Source: Eledone cirrhosa
Taxonomy: Eukaryota
DNA: 64,000 nt
Assembly: GCA_964016885.1 (NCBI GenBank)
Contig: CAXHJY010001034.1
Coordinates: forward strand, 1-64,000
Direction: 5' to 3'
Of this stretch, positions 18,501 through 26,354 are shown in pieces. The notes under the pieces are model-generated. The model did no database searches, was not told where the DNA came from, and was given only the letters and a program-made list of their open reading frames with translations. Position 1 is the first letter of the stretch; each line of letters starts with the position of its first letter. The position numbers were made by a program, and so were the translations under genes.

Positions 18501-18929
18501 GCAATGGATCTGAGCATTTGCCGGACAACAGTACCCTTTGATTTTCGAGGATATACTATTTTTATTAGTGCGCTGACAGAAGGATTCGGCATTTTTATCT
18601 AATATATCACAGGTTCCGTTCCAAACCTTTTCGTATGGTTGGTTGTTGGCAAATTGTAAAAAATCAAAAGGGTAAGCTATGAGTGCATTAGAAAAGTGAA
18701 TGCGCAGAGTTAATGTATTTTCGAAAAAAAATATTTGTTTTGACGCCCGATCAATCATAGTTTCAATTTTATAAAAACGACCGTAGTTCAAGTGATCGGA
18801 ATTGCTTATATCTGCCAGAAGTTGCAGGGTCAGAAATCGATGGGGATTTGAATTTTTTAAATGTTCCTCGTCTGAATGATGTAGAAGGACGGTAAAAACA
18901 TATGCGCTTAGCAATGCCTGTAACTTCAT
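6513..18929 (-). CDS. HAP2: Giant single-exon HAP2/GCS1 (hapless 2)-like class II fusexin membrane protein, ~4138 aa
   Basis: Open frame with no stops. First ATG at 18929 gives a signal-peptide-like MKLQALLSAYVFTVLL (the ORF track starts at an upstream TTG). HAP2 motifs: YPFDFLQFANNQPYE, GYCC..HC.LY.PLWYSV, YLLI...DLSGESC..AGI...RC...TCFRNQP..FW (HAP2-GCS1 signature, ~18013-18164). These are followed by an Ig-like domain III with CICLVGCKWSC, hydrophobic segments at ~17260-17340 and ~17035-17095, and a globular C-terminal ~100 aa. Confidence 0.88.
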   Translation of the reverse strand: MKLQALLSAYVFTVLLHHSDEEHLKNSNPHRFLTLQLLADISNSDHLNYGRFYKIETMIDRASKQIFFFENTLTLRIHFSNALIAYPFDFLQFANNQPYEKVWNGTCDILDKNAESFCQRTNKNSISSKIKGYCCPANAQIHCILYDPLWYSVNKLGNPLVIQNLLIEVMTKARQAGKKIKWKSIAKSSRLLVHGKTLDEQSNDLYFTARVLQQPNITCKRSICSKLSYLLIPVASSTLNNKRSQTQQTMGGISEYLLIKKKYFDLSGESCESAGIYADTILKKRERCSDFFVKTCFRNQPLNFWVDDSLKKSKSGGEIDRSKYFLSHFIKPVPPYVGSIPGWLTSKTMLFAENKRHSLQTRLDIVLNLNKSLVTSAIPLLSEGAIGALYSHPFSDIDNQYEIGINVLNEGLVAGHFKLSLVCGKDKQLKKINLAPFQGESIVFHQNLDLSFQTDTTPQKDIKKSFPLSCKAELWNEDQRTVKTNYIILHKDKLCICLVGCKWSCGPKYKCEARKMKPMHTPLRISLDDETFVAVLMVLLFLMFLNLLKFLFGCCFPLHIGEVGLCVFIKSNFQRKYLDKDIENKAVKYNKNGYPIHPKTKERVRAMSRKKMGALNLVFFFYLPFVGLHWILVRHKISKKKTDIVWNKVDSASLINMDDRNRLHGSLRKNPGGPNTSSDPSDIQAGPGHGPGYGPGYGPGPGRGSGRGPGRGPDPGSGRGPGRGSGRGSGRGSGRSHGPGSGPDPVRSHGSGPGPDSGRSHAPGSDPGRSHGPSRSHGPGRSHGPGRSHGPGRSHSPGNAPSPDPDPTSGPTPDPGPTPSPGRSHGPSSVPGRNQGPSPGHSHLPSSGHSHSYSHGRSIGSGRNIGSASETLTTDPMQECICGKKVTKIKCRDTLSKKTDKSLSEEYRRNPKIRNMFGDISKYDKLSITSDSIASVKCTKDKQSAFPLNKCTKVLTYSTSVGHDTTSSSPECPYRSLKRSLATNIDSLKSSLCFPIPGSFGETPARKGFNDEVDLARTPRGDGSPIPISEFELFSESVSDTSAREKMKKKSTKKAPSQISKANGQTSLTDDPSDQMLNDRDDDQRLAAKSPGAVDTSIRSENQEPPKASSSKESVIFSEQPVVKTENDIQVKSPSTSPKNEKQEKLHISKAQPQLTTERDYERMHTSSAVYPTEIARTDLSDKLVSSTSQALAEQSVEQKKMLDDVFSPLSTPSFNEEILDSTVRRSAENVQVSLEQQQQQQQEQQQQQQEEHQQEQQHQQPQQQQQQQIQPIIEELQTASSEPEPCRLSGKEMSMETLEQLRSRQCSEDMQVVVLEDEFSPLSTAEMKEIIDESRRMSEGDTRNTKNIFDVDKKVIQERLYKSVSEPWYEKCTKERLYKTPATMDISKKIKALIPLAGQKKKSPKKGHHRVSFFETPSSASKMIIPECTFVEPYDKTDGHSTDQRSETSERETTCSSVADQLSQVSEAESVPASMNSRKQKRINKLRPFSGDRRKHQFLKNDRFYSSFEQSSSETDRDDIKEISRAAGEKCETELKGKRPAGNFSAISPHLPDRAPTSKKLSLSVEHKYGNMSTDNRNVVRKGLSVADPFTQTIKRRSLDELLAKSPIDIHSDLIDSITGYISSSEERRRVLFGGRKSISMLDVKSPFSIESQQYASLSGSDREISGSQSCKSGKELIARKNKRSSLPGELGTETENIYSLVADRLSKLYEKDRIEKSSANQKNRITQQEEETKISEQDQRSHISGRASISCSSADQQSPVYGRENISRSMADQQSQRSGRNDSTLLPSSHHIMDTLRNESRRSEITEQQNQISALASILSSMTCQKSQLSTSESTVGFSDDQPSRMSARENTIKEQGSQMPGKESIPSLTTEQQSLTSGRLGITGVTPDLRNQMLGIEALHRSVLDELSQRSKKKSTPNSKESKRSHARESIRRMTPDDRSESIYSSTEDQRSVTSGSESVRNTAQDRRTKKTGRENICISTVDQGTRISESESTPSSITDQWSQISVRECIPSSRADHQSHISGRESTPTSTEDQRSPTSGRGNSSNTIEDKLNHISKMLSIRSMVLDKQSQTSKRESIPISIEDQHRRLSGREGIRSTAADQRGEILERSTIDQRSQMSGTDNIHNSMGDHPREGVQRSREDQRCQVSGTKSILSTAPDQQSLISGKESTPSSKESQQGQISGRENTPSSKEDKWNRLSGRESIRSTVPDKLREILDIDTLQRSTIDQRSQMSERESIRSTALDQRNEKTGRENIRSTVLDQRGEKTGREGVYKSVEDKGNKISEKENTTSSISDLQNRLSGRESISNSIEDKRNHMSMRESTRSTVLDQRGVISGREYIHSSIADEGSLISGREIKRSPVSDQRGEMLEKDTLQRSKIDQRSHLSERESINRSITDKRIQASGINSTAISLEDQLSLISGRENIRSTAPDQRSEMFDRDTSQRSTTEQRSQMSGRESIRSTVPHQQSIISRAEDIHSQWSHIPGRESIHTTVPDQRGEILDRDTLQRSIIDQRSQIPGGECIHGSITDQLSHGMRPIESRNEISVKENVRNAATDRRSQISERDNTPRSTEDQRNRMSGRESVRTLGPDQPSEKSGSETIYISTTDQGNRLSERESSFSSMADQQNKISGKENMGSLTEDQLSHIPVSFSGRSRVADEQDDIFDIEKLQIPPIDQRGQISRRERLPALMAPLPLQLTRGENFRKSLADHWHKITGREYVDSSILDRRNDISGKESSYSAIADRSMDVSWIQMPEGITGLKEEQWSEMFGRDSTRSTLQDQQGLTHGRAGIRSTVGGRQDQISEGENTSRSIEDQRSKISGREGIRSAPDERGEKRWVSEKENTTSQVTDQWCQMSASDRIPSSIDSQQTHASGRESIRSTVPDQRRENIHSSIENQRSQLSGRNSNQKTDPDPRLQVSGREGIRSAAPDQRNHISRRESTPITIECQQSHISRMENSPSSKEDNWSHISGRENIYSTIADQRSERLQHSTRDERSQMSEKESIRGSVADQRNEILDRDILQRSTIDQPNQMSERESVCSTIRDQRGQISGKESISLKAGQWSHISGSESTRNTAPDQKSREEKTSVADERGRKSGKITPHSSLEDQCCQISGKASICSSVPDELSVKKENLRSSLAEAPIKLSRTESNRSSVPDEQSGIFERDILGDPVPDEQNFIFRHVTMSRSDSSLASAADQQTYVAGKQTDISGRESIPASLTDKRRQILGREGVYSFMKEKIATSPPDQRNEISEKETFYDCIPENQYYISERDALYSSDQFNRSTASVSVSRSVSNQRSSIFSSVTDEQYQIYGTLQDQQSQMSEIENIILSEPDQQNRIPVKKDIQNWVTDQQSQISGRESSATSKPDELNRTPDRVSVRSLVPEQRSRVSELKHYHSSASDKQSGTLERQSILRSAPDQKVRVAGRVRFHTSIPDQRSETEKDILQCSAIDKRSQIPGRTRFHTSIPDYRSEKDKGILQSLALDKQSEVSERKHYHSSVADEQSDLSRREGFVSSVSDQRNQISRKENIHSSLPEQRGLQNLVQGEMSEMFEREGACGSIPTQWSQISERENVDRTVPPHLVHISGVDYQNSLEDQQSRTSRGEYARSVLSDQPVQISGNENIRNYVPEQERQLPRTGSILSSNQERQLSGTDDIQSFSLDKHNQKSEVDNSIAFLRREISSSSEPDEQSQKSKTESIQRRIPDQGNLVSGIQSIISPEFGQRGQMTARESLHSLKADELGYNTTREASTNLYSKSKSPVDSILSQDHLCSRPTTYKEFSEMWSRRVVNDDRNICVTELLHELSRSTLTESSKGGKLTESSITVPQSILESSVVSPECSHTQSTTKVGKGPETARTTLKTSSDKMGSSTNVLKGSKVRIQNNNVTGVKKTDTSIAAKKYEKAVSFSKKKGNNLSSKYSPTNRKKSPTETCRSADQNKKLIVKQDNTASSTTSSTLEQSKLCSSEGSLKKQRQKTDRYKMAHRRNQVGGDQAESSPSNIKEVAFESDCGKGDEKTSGSESAQVGPPLVTTDKGYVNKLVKSEKVYFNYQEPSRNLINSGSNFSLYGNLRKDGNRYVFRLMQNLEQTHENIDGVARPLQGRKILISNSYVFNRYLDYPGVISSITKKPKYPCLNNPD
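7690..13700 (-). repeat. Coding degenerate 51-bp (17-aa) tandem repeat in the HAP2-like tail
   Basis: Units like SGRESIRSTVPDQRSQI recur across ~6 kb. Confidence 0.85.
15120..15222 (-). repeat. Coding poly-Q/E tract
   Basis: (CAG/CAA)n on the minus strand: EQQQQQQQEQQQQQQEEHQQEQQHQQPQQQQQQQ. Confidence 0.9.
16330..16880 (-). repeat. Coding Gly/Pro/Ser/Arg/His repeat (GPGR, GPGRSH)
   Basis: 12- and 18-bp tandem units such as ACCAGGACCATGGCTACG. Confidence 0.9.
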
Positions 18930-19421
18930 AATTCCACCATATTTAATGAAATTAAAATTATCAACAATGTTTGATTGGACAGCGAGCAAGACAGAAGAAG
19001 GAAAAGAAACAAGAACAAATATATATATATATATATGTGTATATATATCGAATTATGCAAATAAGCATACGAGAAATAAAAAGCAAAAAGCTTACTGATT
19101 GATATACCTGCAAAAAGCCGGATTATTGTCTATTATGTTCATATTAATATCCATCCTTCATAAAAATGTCAGTCAGTTGGAAATATTGCGTTCGTTTGGC
19201 GTCATTCTTTATTTCAAATGACTTATCTCCTCTTCTCAACGCTGCTATTTTTGAATTCGATTCTCAAGCAGTACTGTTGATAAAATAATTGGTTCTCAAT
19301 AACTACACGGTATAACATTGTTGATTTTCCCCTACTTCTCTGGGCAAGACGGAACGGAATAATGAGGAGCTATTTTTAATTTTACTAATGTATGTCCTAC
19401 ATAATATAATTATTTGTGTTC

Positions 19422-19422
<1 letters not shown>

Positions 19423-19475
<53 letters not shown>
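19423..19475. repeat. (GT)n microsatellite
   Basis: Direct inspection. Confidence 0.95.
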
Positions 19476-19479
<4 letters not shown>

Positions 19480-19494
19480 TATTTGTTTTAATGT

Positions 19495-19925
19495 TTTGTC
19501 GACGCAGCCGGCTTCCCACAACTGGAGCCAGCGGGCCTCGACCGAGGAGAGGGCACGCGCCTCGACGGAATTAACCTCTTTCTTTTCGAAAAAGGTAAAT
19601 TCCTCATCTGGGACACGTTCTCCGTCTCCAACTTAGTCGCTTCGGCCACAAACTCCGGTACGCAGCCCGCAATGCAGAGGGCAGGAAGAGAAGCAAGGAC
19701 CGGGGCTTTTTGTCCGGCCGCTTCCCCTTTGCATTGGTCGCCGCCGAAACCTCATGCATACTCAGACCTCGGACAGCTGACCTCCTCAATCAAATCGGAT
19801 AGATAGCAGTCCATCTACGGAAGGAGCCCCACGAGGTGGGGGTGGTTGTTGCAATGGTTGCTGCTGGCCATCATTCGCGGAAATGCTTTTGCCATTTTGT
19901 CTGCGAGGGGCACCCGAACAGCGCT
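19495..19925 (+). mobile_element. Degraded 3' fragment of a CRE-like non-LTR retrotransposon (restriction-like endonuclease region)
   Basis: Frameshifted translation EPAGLDRGEGTRLDGINLF..EKGKFLIWDT ... LAIIRGNAFAIL resembles the PD..W-D endonuclease C-terminus of CRE-clade elements. Confidence 0.6.
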
Positions 19926-20143
19926 CTGATTTAGGTGTAAAGTATGTCACCCTCTCCTTCCCCTTTTCTTTTGTTGTCTAGTAGCCATTGCTCTTCCTCT
20001 CCTTTTCCTCTTATTCATGGCATATATAATCCTTTCCAATCTATAATTAAGATAAATAAAATCGTGAAGCACTGGTATGAAGTTAAAGATATCGCTTAGT
20101 AAACACATGGTTGTGGGCTCAGTTCCACTGAGCGCCATTTTGG

Positions 20144-20246
20144 CTTCTATAGTTTCCATCTACCAAATTTCACCCACACATTATTGGCTAATCCCGGATT
20201 AACCAATGATTTGTGAGTGAAATTTGGTAGATGGAAACTATAGAAG
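20144..20246. repeat. Near-perfect ~100 bp palindrome (SINE/MITE-associated hairpin)
   Basis: CTTCTATAGTTTCCATCTACCAAATTTCAC ... GTGAAATTTGGTAGATGGAAACTATAGAAG. Confidence 0.8.
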
Positions 20247-20264
20247 ACCATTGTATATAAATCC

Positions 20265-20710
20265 GCCTCTTCATTGCTGTAGTGGAGTCTGTGCTGCTGT
20301 ATGGGTCTGAGACTTGGACACTGACCAAGAGACTCACTCAGATGGTGGATGGGTGCTACACGAGAATGCTGAGGATGGCTCTGAACATTAATCAGTATAC
20401 ACTGAGGATGAAAAACTCAGAGCTGTATGGGAGCATCCCAAAAGTCAGCTCAAAAGTGATACAGAGGAGACTGAGGTTGGCTGGACATGCTCACCGACAT
20501 CCAGAGTTGACATTGCACTCAGTGCTCCTTTGGGAGCCCCTACATGGACACACTAGAAGGGGAAGACCAAGGTTAACATATGTTGATGCCCTAAGGACAG
20601 ACACTGGTCTGTTGGAGATGCAGGATATGGCAGCGATAATGAGGGACAGAGACCGCTGGAGAGAACTCGTCCATGGATCTCGGGAATTTTACCCGCCTTA
20701 GATAGATAGA
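20265..20710 (+). mobile_element. RTE-type LINE 3' fragment
   Basis: ORF VLLYGSETWTLTK...RRLRLAGH...RRGRPRLTYVD...RDRWRELV; ends in a (TAGA)n tail. Confidence 0.85.
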
Positions 20711-20749
20711 TATATATATCCTGACTTCTGTTTTTTTTTATTGTTCTAT

Positions 20750-22632
20750 GTACAAACAAGAGAGAAGCTAGACGTCAGGTGTACTTAGCACGCAAGGAGA
20801 CTGAGAGTAGGAGGTTTGCCAATGTTCTGCGACGGGAAGATCAGAGACGGGCGGTGTTCCGCATTGCAAGGCAGTGTGTCAGTGCAAATCAGGATGTTGT
20901 TGGAGATAAGTGTGTCCGGAATGATGCCAGTGTACTTAGTATCACGAATGATCAAAAGAAGGAGGCCTGGAAATGTCATTATGAGAGACTGATGAATGTA
21001 GAGAACGAATGGGACAGAGGAATTACCCACAGTAGACCCGACAGAGGGACCAGCTATTGAGATTGACGAATATAGGGTCCAAGAGGCAATTAAGGAAATG
21101 AAGAATGGTAAGGCTGCTGGGCCGTCGGGGATAGTTGCTGAGATGCTGAAGCCTTCAGGAGTAGGCACTAAACTAGTTGCACGCATCATTAATCAAGCTA
21201 TATATGGTCGTATCATACCCAAAGACTGGTGCAGCAGTATTCTCATAAATTGTTACAAAGGTAACGGGGATTCTCTAGAGAGGAGCAATTATAGGAGCAT
21301 AAAGCTGATGGATCAGGTTATGAAAGTGGCAGAGAGAATATTAGTGCAACTAATTAGAGAAAGGGTCAATTTAGATGAGATGCAGTTTGGTTTTGTGCCT
21401 CGGAAAAGTACAACAGATGCCCTCTTCATAGTAAGGCAACTACAAGAGAGGTTCTTAGAGAAGAATAAGCCACTATACTTAGCTTTTGTTGACCTAGAGA
21501 AGGCTTTTGATAGGGTACCTCGATCTGTCATCTGGTGGTCCCTAAGGAAACTAGGTGTAGAGGAATGGCTTGTGAGGACAGTGCAAGCTATGTACAGGGG
21601 TGCTGTCAGTAAAGTGAGAATAGGAATGGAGTTTAGTGAGGAATTCCAGATACAAGTAGGAGTAATCAGGGTTCGGTCCTCAGCCCACTCTTGTTCATTA
21701 TAGTCCTCCAAGCCATAACGGAGAAGTTTAAGACTGGATGCCCTTGGGAACTTCTCTATGCTGATGATCTGGTTCTTATAGCAGAATCAGTAGAGGAGCT
21801 AGAGAATAAATTCTGGCTATGGAAACAGCAATTGTAATCAAGGGGCCTGAGAGTGAACATAACTAAAACAAAGGCGTTGATAAGTAGAAGAGAGGACAAT
21901 ACTCTGATTCCATCAGGGAAATGGCCATGTTCGATATGTAGGAAAGGAACTGGCATAAATTCTATAAAATGTACGCAATGCAGATCTTGGGTACACAAGA
22001 GATGTAGCGGGATAGTAGGCAAACTAACAGGTAGGGAAAACTACGTATGCAGTAGATGTACAGGGAAAGTTGGCAGTAGTAATCGATGTGATAGACTCAT
22101 TTTTCCAATGCAGGTGGGTTCTATAGAAGTGGTTGATAGCTTCCTGTACCTAGGTGATCAGATTAGCATGGGGGGGGGGGTCCGAGGCCATAGTATCTAG
22201 AATAAGGATGGGTTGGAAGAAGTTTAGGGAGCTGCTTCCTCTGTTGACAAAGAGGGGTTTCTCCCTGCGTACGAAAGGACGGTTATATGATGCTTGTGTG
22301 AGATGCACGATGCTGCATGGTAGTGAGACATGGACAGCAACTGCAGAAGATATGCGACGGCTGGAGAGAAATGAAGCAAGTATGCTTCGTTGGATGTGCA
22401 ATGTCAATGTGCGTGAACGACCAAGCATAGACGAGTTGAGAAAGAAACTGGGTATAAGAGGGATAAGTTGTGGTGTGCAGGAGAGAAGACTGAGATGGTA
22501 TGGACATGTGATGGGCATGGAGGATGACCGATGGGTGACGAAGGATCGTGACGGGTGGAGAGATGCTGTGCTGAATAGCACCCGTCCAACCCTTGCAAGC
22601 AGGGAAAAGCGGACGTAAAATGAAGATGATGA
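20750..22632 (+). mobile_element. 5'-truncated RTE-like LINE with reverse transcriptase and an inserted PHD-type finger (frameshifted)
   Basis: KAAGPSG, NYRSIKL, QFGF, FVDLEKAFDRV, LYADDL, CSICRKG..C..C..WVHKRC, LHGSETW, RRLRWYGHV; (TGA)n tail. Confidence 0.9.
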
Positions 22633-22889
22633 TATATATATATATACACACATATGTTTTGCAAGGTTTTTAATATGAAATCGTGTGTCGAAACAAATAT
22701 TGTTATACTTGGGGAGGGTCATATTGTTGTAATAATATTGCCAGAAACAATAACAGAACACACTCACTGTTTGGTTGGTTTTCGCTTCTGTATCTTTTAT
22801 ATCTCCATAGTTAATTTATTCGGCAATCAATGTTTATCATTGATTGACCAAGGTTAAAAATACAGATATAAATATATATATAGTCTATC

Positions 22890-22930
22890 AAAGTTCTTTC
22901 GTTGCACATCTGCAACATCATCAGTGTTTC
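22890..22930 (-). ncRNA. Hammerhead ribozyme core in the Penelope terminal repeat
   Basis: Minus strand CTGATGA-T-GTTGCA-GATG-TGCAAC-GAAAG; stems I and III are short and weak. Confidence 0.6.
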
Positions 22931-22964
22931 CCCCTTTGTATTGTATGTCTACGCCATTTTTATT

Positions 22965-23165
<201 letters not shown>

Positions 23166-24281
23166 GTCTCCGTCTCTGTGAATGCGTTTACGTGTGTGTA
23201 TAATGTTTGGTGTGTGTTTGAGTGTATGTATTTTTGTTTTTGTATTCTATCTTTGTTTACTAGTGTGTGTTTATGTGTTTGTTGTTATTGTGTATATATT
23301 TATTTATTTATTTATATTTCCCTTAAGTCAGTATTGTTTGTTTGGGTATGGTTGTTGTTGTTATTCCATTCATTTTTTCTGTTTAACTTCGGTCTTCTTA
23401 GCTCTATCTCAGTTGCTTCTCTGATTTGTCTCTGATTGAGTCATTTCTATGTTTAGATATTATTTTAATTTCTATATTGTCTATGTTACCGTCATGTCTT
23501 TGTCTGGTGTGTTCGTATAGTACTGAACCGTTTTTTTTTTTGTCCTTTTAGTTCCCCCCAGTGTTGGTCTATTCTTTCTCCTATACTTCGAGCTGTCTCA
23601 CCTATGTATGTTGTTGTCATGTTTCTGCAAGTACCCCCTGTACATCTTATGCTATAGACTACATTTCTAGTTTTAAAATTTATCCGGGGGTTCATTTACA
23701 TTTCTTATTTTTACAGTGGGTTTTCTTAAAGGGGTATGTTTTGCTGGTCAGGGATTTTATGGTAGTTCCTGGCTTTTCTACCACTTTAATCTTTAAATGG
23801 GTCTTTCTTAGGGCATTTCTACATTGGTTAGCTAATTTCCCTCCAGGGGTAGCATCCTATCTTATGTTTAGTCCTATCTAAGCTATTCCATGATTTGCTT
23901 CTGTATAATGGGAAAATTCCTTTCATGTCCAGTTCTATTAGGGTCTTATATTTCTCCGTGGCTCCTTTGTATACTCTGATTCTGTCTCTTTGGTTGTAGC
24001 CAGAGAACTGCATGCGGTTGATGAAGTGTTGAATGTGTCTTTCCATTTCTGTTGGGTCGCACATGCGGGACACATTCTTCATCACTCTTACCAAAGAAAG
24101 AACTTTGATAGACTATATATATATTTATATCTGTATTTTTTAACCGTTGGTCAATCAATGATAAACGTTGATTGCCAAATGGAGATATAAAAGATACAGA
24201 AGTGAAGATCAACCAAACAGTAAGTGTGTTCTGTTATTATTTCTGGCAATATCATTAACACAATATGACCCTCCCCAAGTA

Positions 24282-24285
<4 letters not shown>

Positions 24286-24337
<52 letters not shown>

Positions 24338-24340
24338 CAC

Positions 24341-24374
<34 letters not shown>

Positions 24375-24636
24375 ATATACATACACATATATATACATAT
24401 ATTTACATATATATATATATACATATATATATACATATATATACATATATATATACATATATATATACATATATATATACATATATATATACATATATAT
24501 ATACATATATATATACATATATATATACATATATATATACATATATATATACATATATATATACATATATATATACATATATATATACATATATATATAC
24601 ATATATATATACATATATATATACATATATATATAC

Positions 24637-24705
<69 letters not shown>
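24286..24705. repeat. (TA)n/(TACATATATA)n microsatellite
   Basis: Direct inspection. Confidence 0.95.
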
Positions 24706-24709
<4 letters not shown>

Positions 24710-24885
24710 TGAGATTCTACAGGACTAGAACTGTTTCATTCTTCAGAAATCATCAGAGATTCCTGATGATTTCTGAAGAATGAAAGTTCTAGTCCTGTAG
24801 AATCTCATCTATATTAAAACCTTTATACTCTATGTATTGAGTACCTTACTTACTGTGGTTACCTCCGATTCAACCCGGAATAACG
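24703..24885 (+). mobile_element. Tiny fold-back element made of two head-to-head hammerhead copies plus a short tail
   Basis: 24703-24814 palindrome. Plus arm: GAGATTC-CTGATGA-TTTCTGAAGAAT-GAAA-GTTCTAGTCCTG-TA-GAATCTC. Confidence 0.7.
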
Positions 24886-24919
<34 letters not shown>

Positions 24920-25073
24920 CACATATATATACATATATATATATACATATACACATATATATACATATATATATATACATATATATATATATACATATAC
25001 ACATATATATACATATATATATATACATATATATATACATATATATATACATATATATATACACATATATATA

Positions 25074-25945
25074 CATATTTCGTTATCGATCTATGTAGGG
25101 TTAGTTACAAAATATTACAAAATATCAGATAAGGAATATATTTACTTACAGCCGTTGTCAAAAGCAATGAGAATTTGACTCAATATCAATAGTAAATTGA
25201 GTTCTATGATCTTATTTGGAGGTAGCTGAAGAACAAACCAATCAAATGGTATTTTGCCATATGATGTTAAGATGAAGTATAACTCACTTTAGTTGAGGTC
25301 ATAACCCTTTGAAAGGAATGGTTGAATGGTGTTTTACTTATCTATATTCACCTAAAAATTCCATACAACACAACTCAACATTTAATTTTTACATTCCTTT
25401 TTAAACTTCACTCCACCATCTACATTCCACTATCATTATATCAATCCCTTTTTCCTCATAGGTTCTTTATAGTAATTCTATTTTTAACACGATTCAACCA
25501 TTCTTTTCAAAGGGTCATGACCTCAACTAAAGTGAGTTTTACTTCATCTTAACATCATATGGCAAAATACCATTTGATTGGTTTGTTCTTCAGCTACCTC
25601 CAAATAAGATCATAGAACTCAATTTACTATTGATTTTGAATAAAATTCTCATTGCTTTTGACAACGGCTGATGATATACATGTAAGTAAATATATTGCTT
25701 ATCTGATAACGAAATATGCGTACGATGTATTATTATCACCTAGAAACGATCGTAAAGCAGTGAAGTATATTTCTAATGACTTGAATTTTTATTTCATTGT
25801 TTTAACTTATATCATAACTCTGTTTTCCTTTTGATGTTTTATTGTTTTCCGGGATTTATTTTAACCTACAACATTTTCAACATATGGATTACATTGAGTC
25901 CTTCATGCAGACTAGACCCCAAAACTTACCGTGGATATCTCTGTA
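25074..25945 (+). mobile_element. Fold-back non-coding element (Penelope-like terminal repeat family) in a (TA)n tract
   Basis: 25123-25333 is inverted at 25486-25708; shares CCTAGAAACGATCGT and an ACATTGAGT.CTTCAT tail with the element at 50466-50910. Confidence 0.7.
25651..25761 (+). ncRNA. Degenerate hammerhead with long stem II
   Basis: Stem I ATTGCTT/AAGCAGT, core TTGACAA (degenerate), long stem II, then GAAACG-AT-CGT-A. Confidence 0.45.
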
Positions 25946-26156
25946 CATATATATATCGATATATATATACATATATACATACATATATATCTATATATAT
26001 ATCTGTATGTCTATATACAAACACATATATATATATATACATATATACACACACACACACACACACATTGTATATATATATATGTATATATGTATATATA
26101 CTCACATATCCATTTGTTATTAGCACAGATTAACAGTTTCAGCAAACAATTTCTGA

Positions 26157-26203
<47 letters not shown>

Positions 26204-26317
26204 GTTTGAATATGTATAATAAAGCCAAAACAATGCAGGTATGGACATAGAAAAAAGAATGCAATTGCAAAAGATATTGTTGACAATTCGTCTTTTACGT
26301 TAGATTTATTTTAAACG

Positions 26318-26354
26318 TCCTTAATTTTCGAGATAATATCTCTTCTTCAGAGGG
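26318..26354 (-). ncRNA. Minimal hammerhead motif (sense to the Penelope element)
   Basis: CCT-CTGAAGA-AGAGAT-ATT-ATCTC-GAAAATT-A-AGG on the minus strand. Confidence 0.6.

Noticed and set aside
17340-18929. Endogenous viral class II envelope glycoprotein
   Set aside because: Motifs match cellular HAP2/GCS1 and there are no adjacent viral or LTR-retrotransposon genes
18930-18989. ORF-track N-terminal extension MLAVQSN...
   Set aside because: Starts at TTG; the ATG at 18929 gives a signal-peptide-like N-terminus and is the more plausible eukaryotic start
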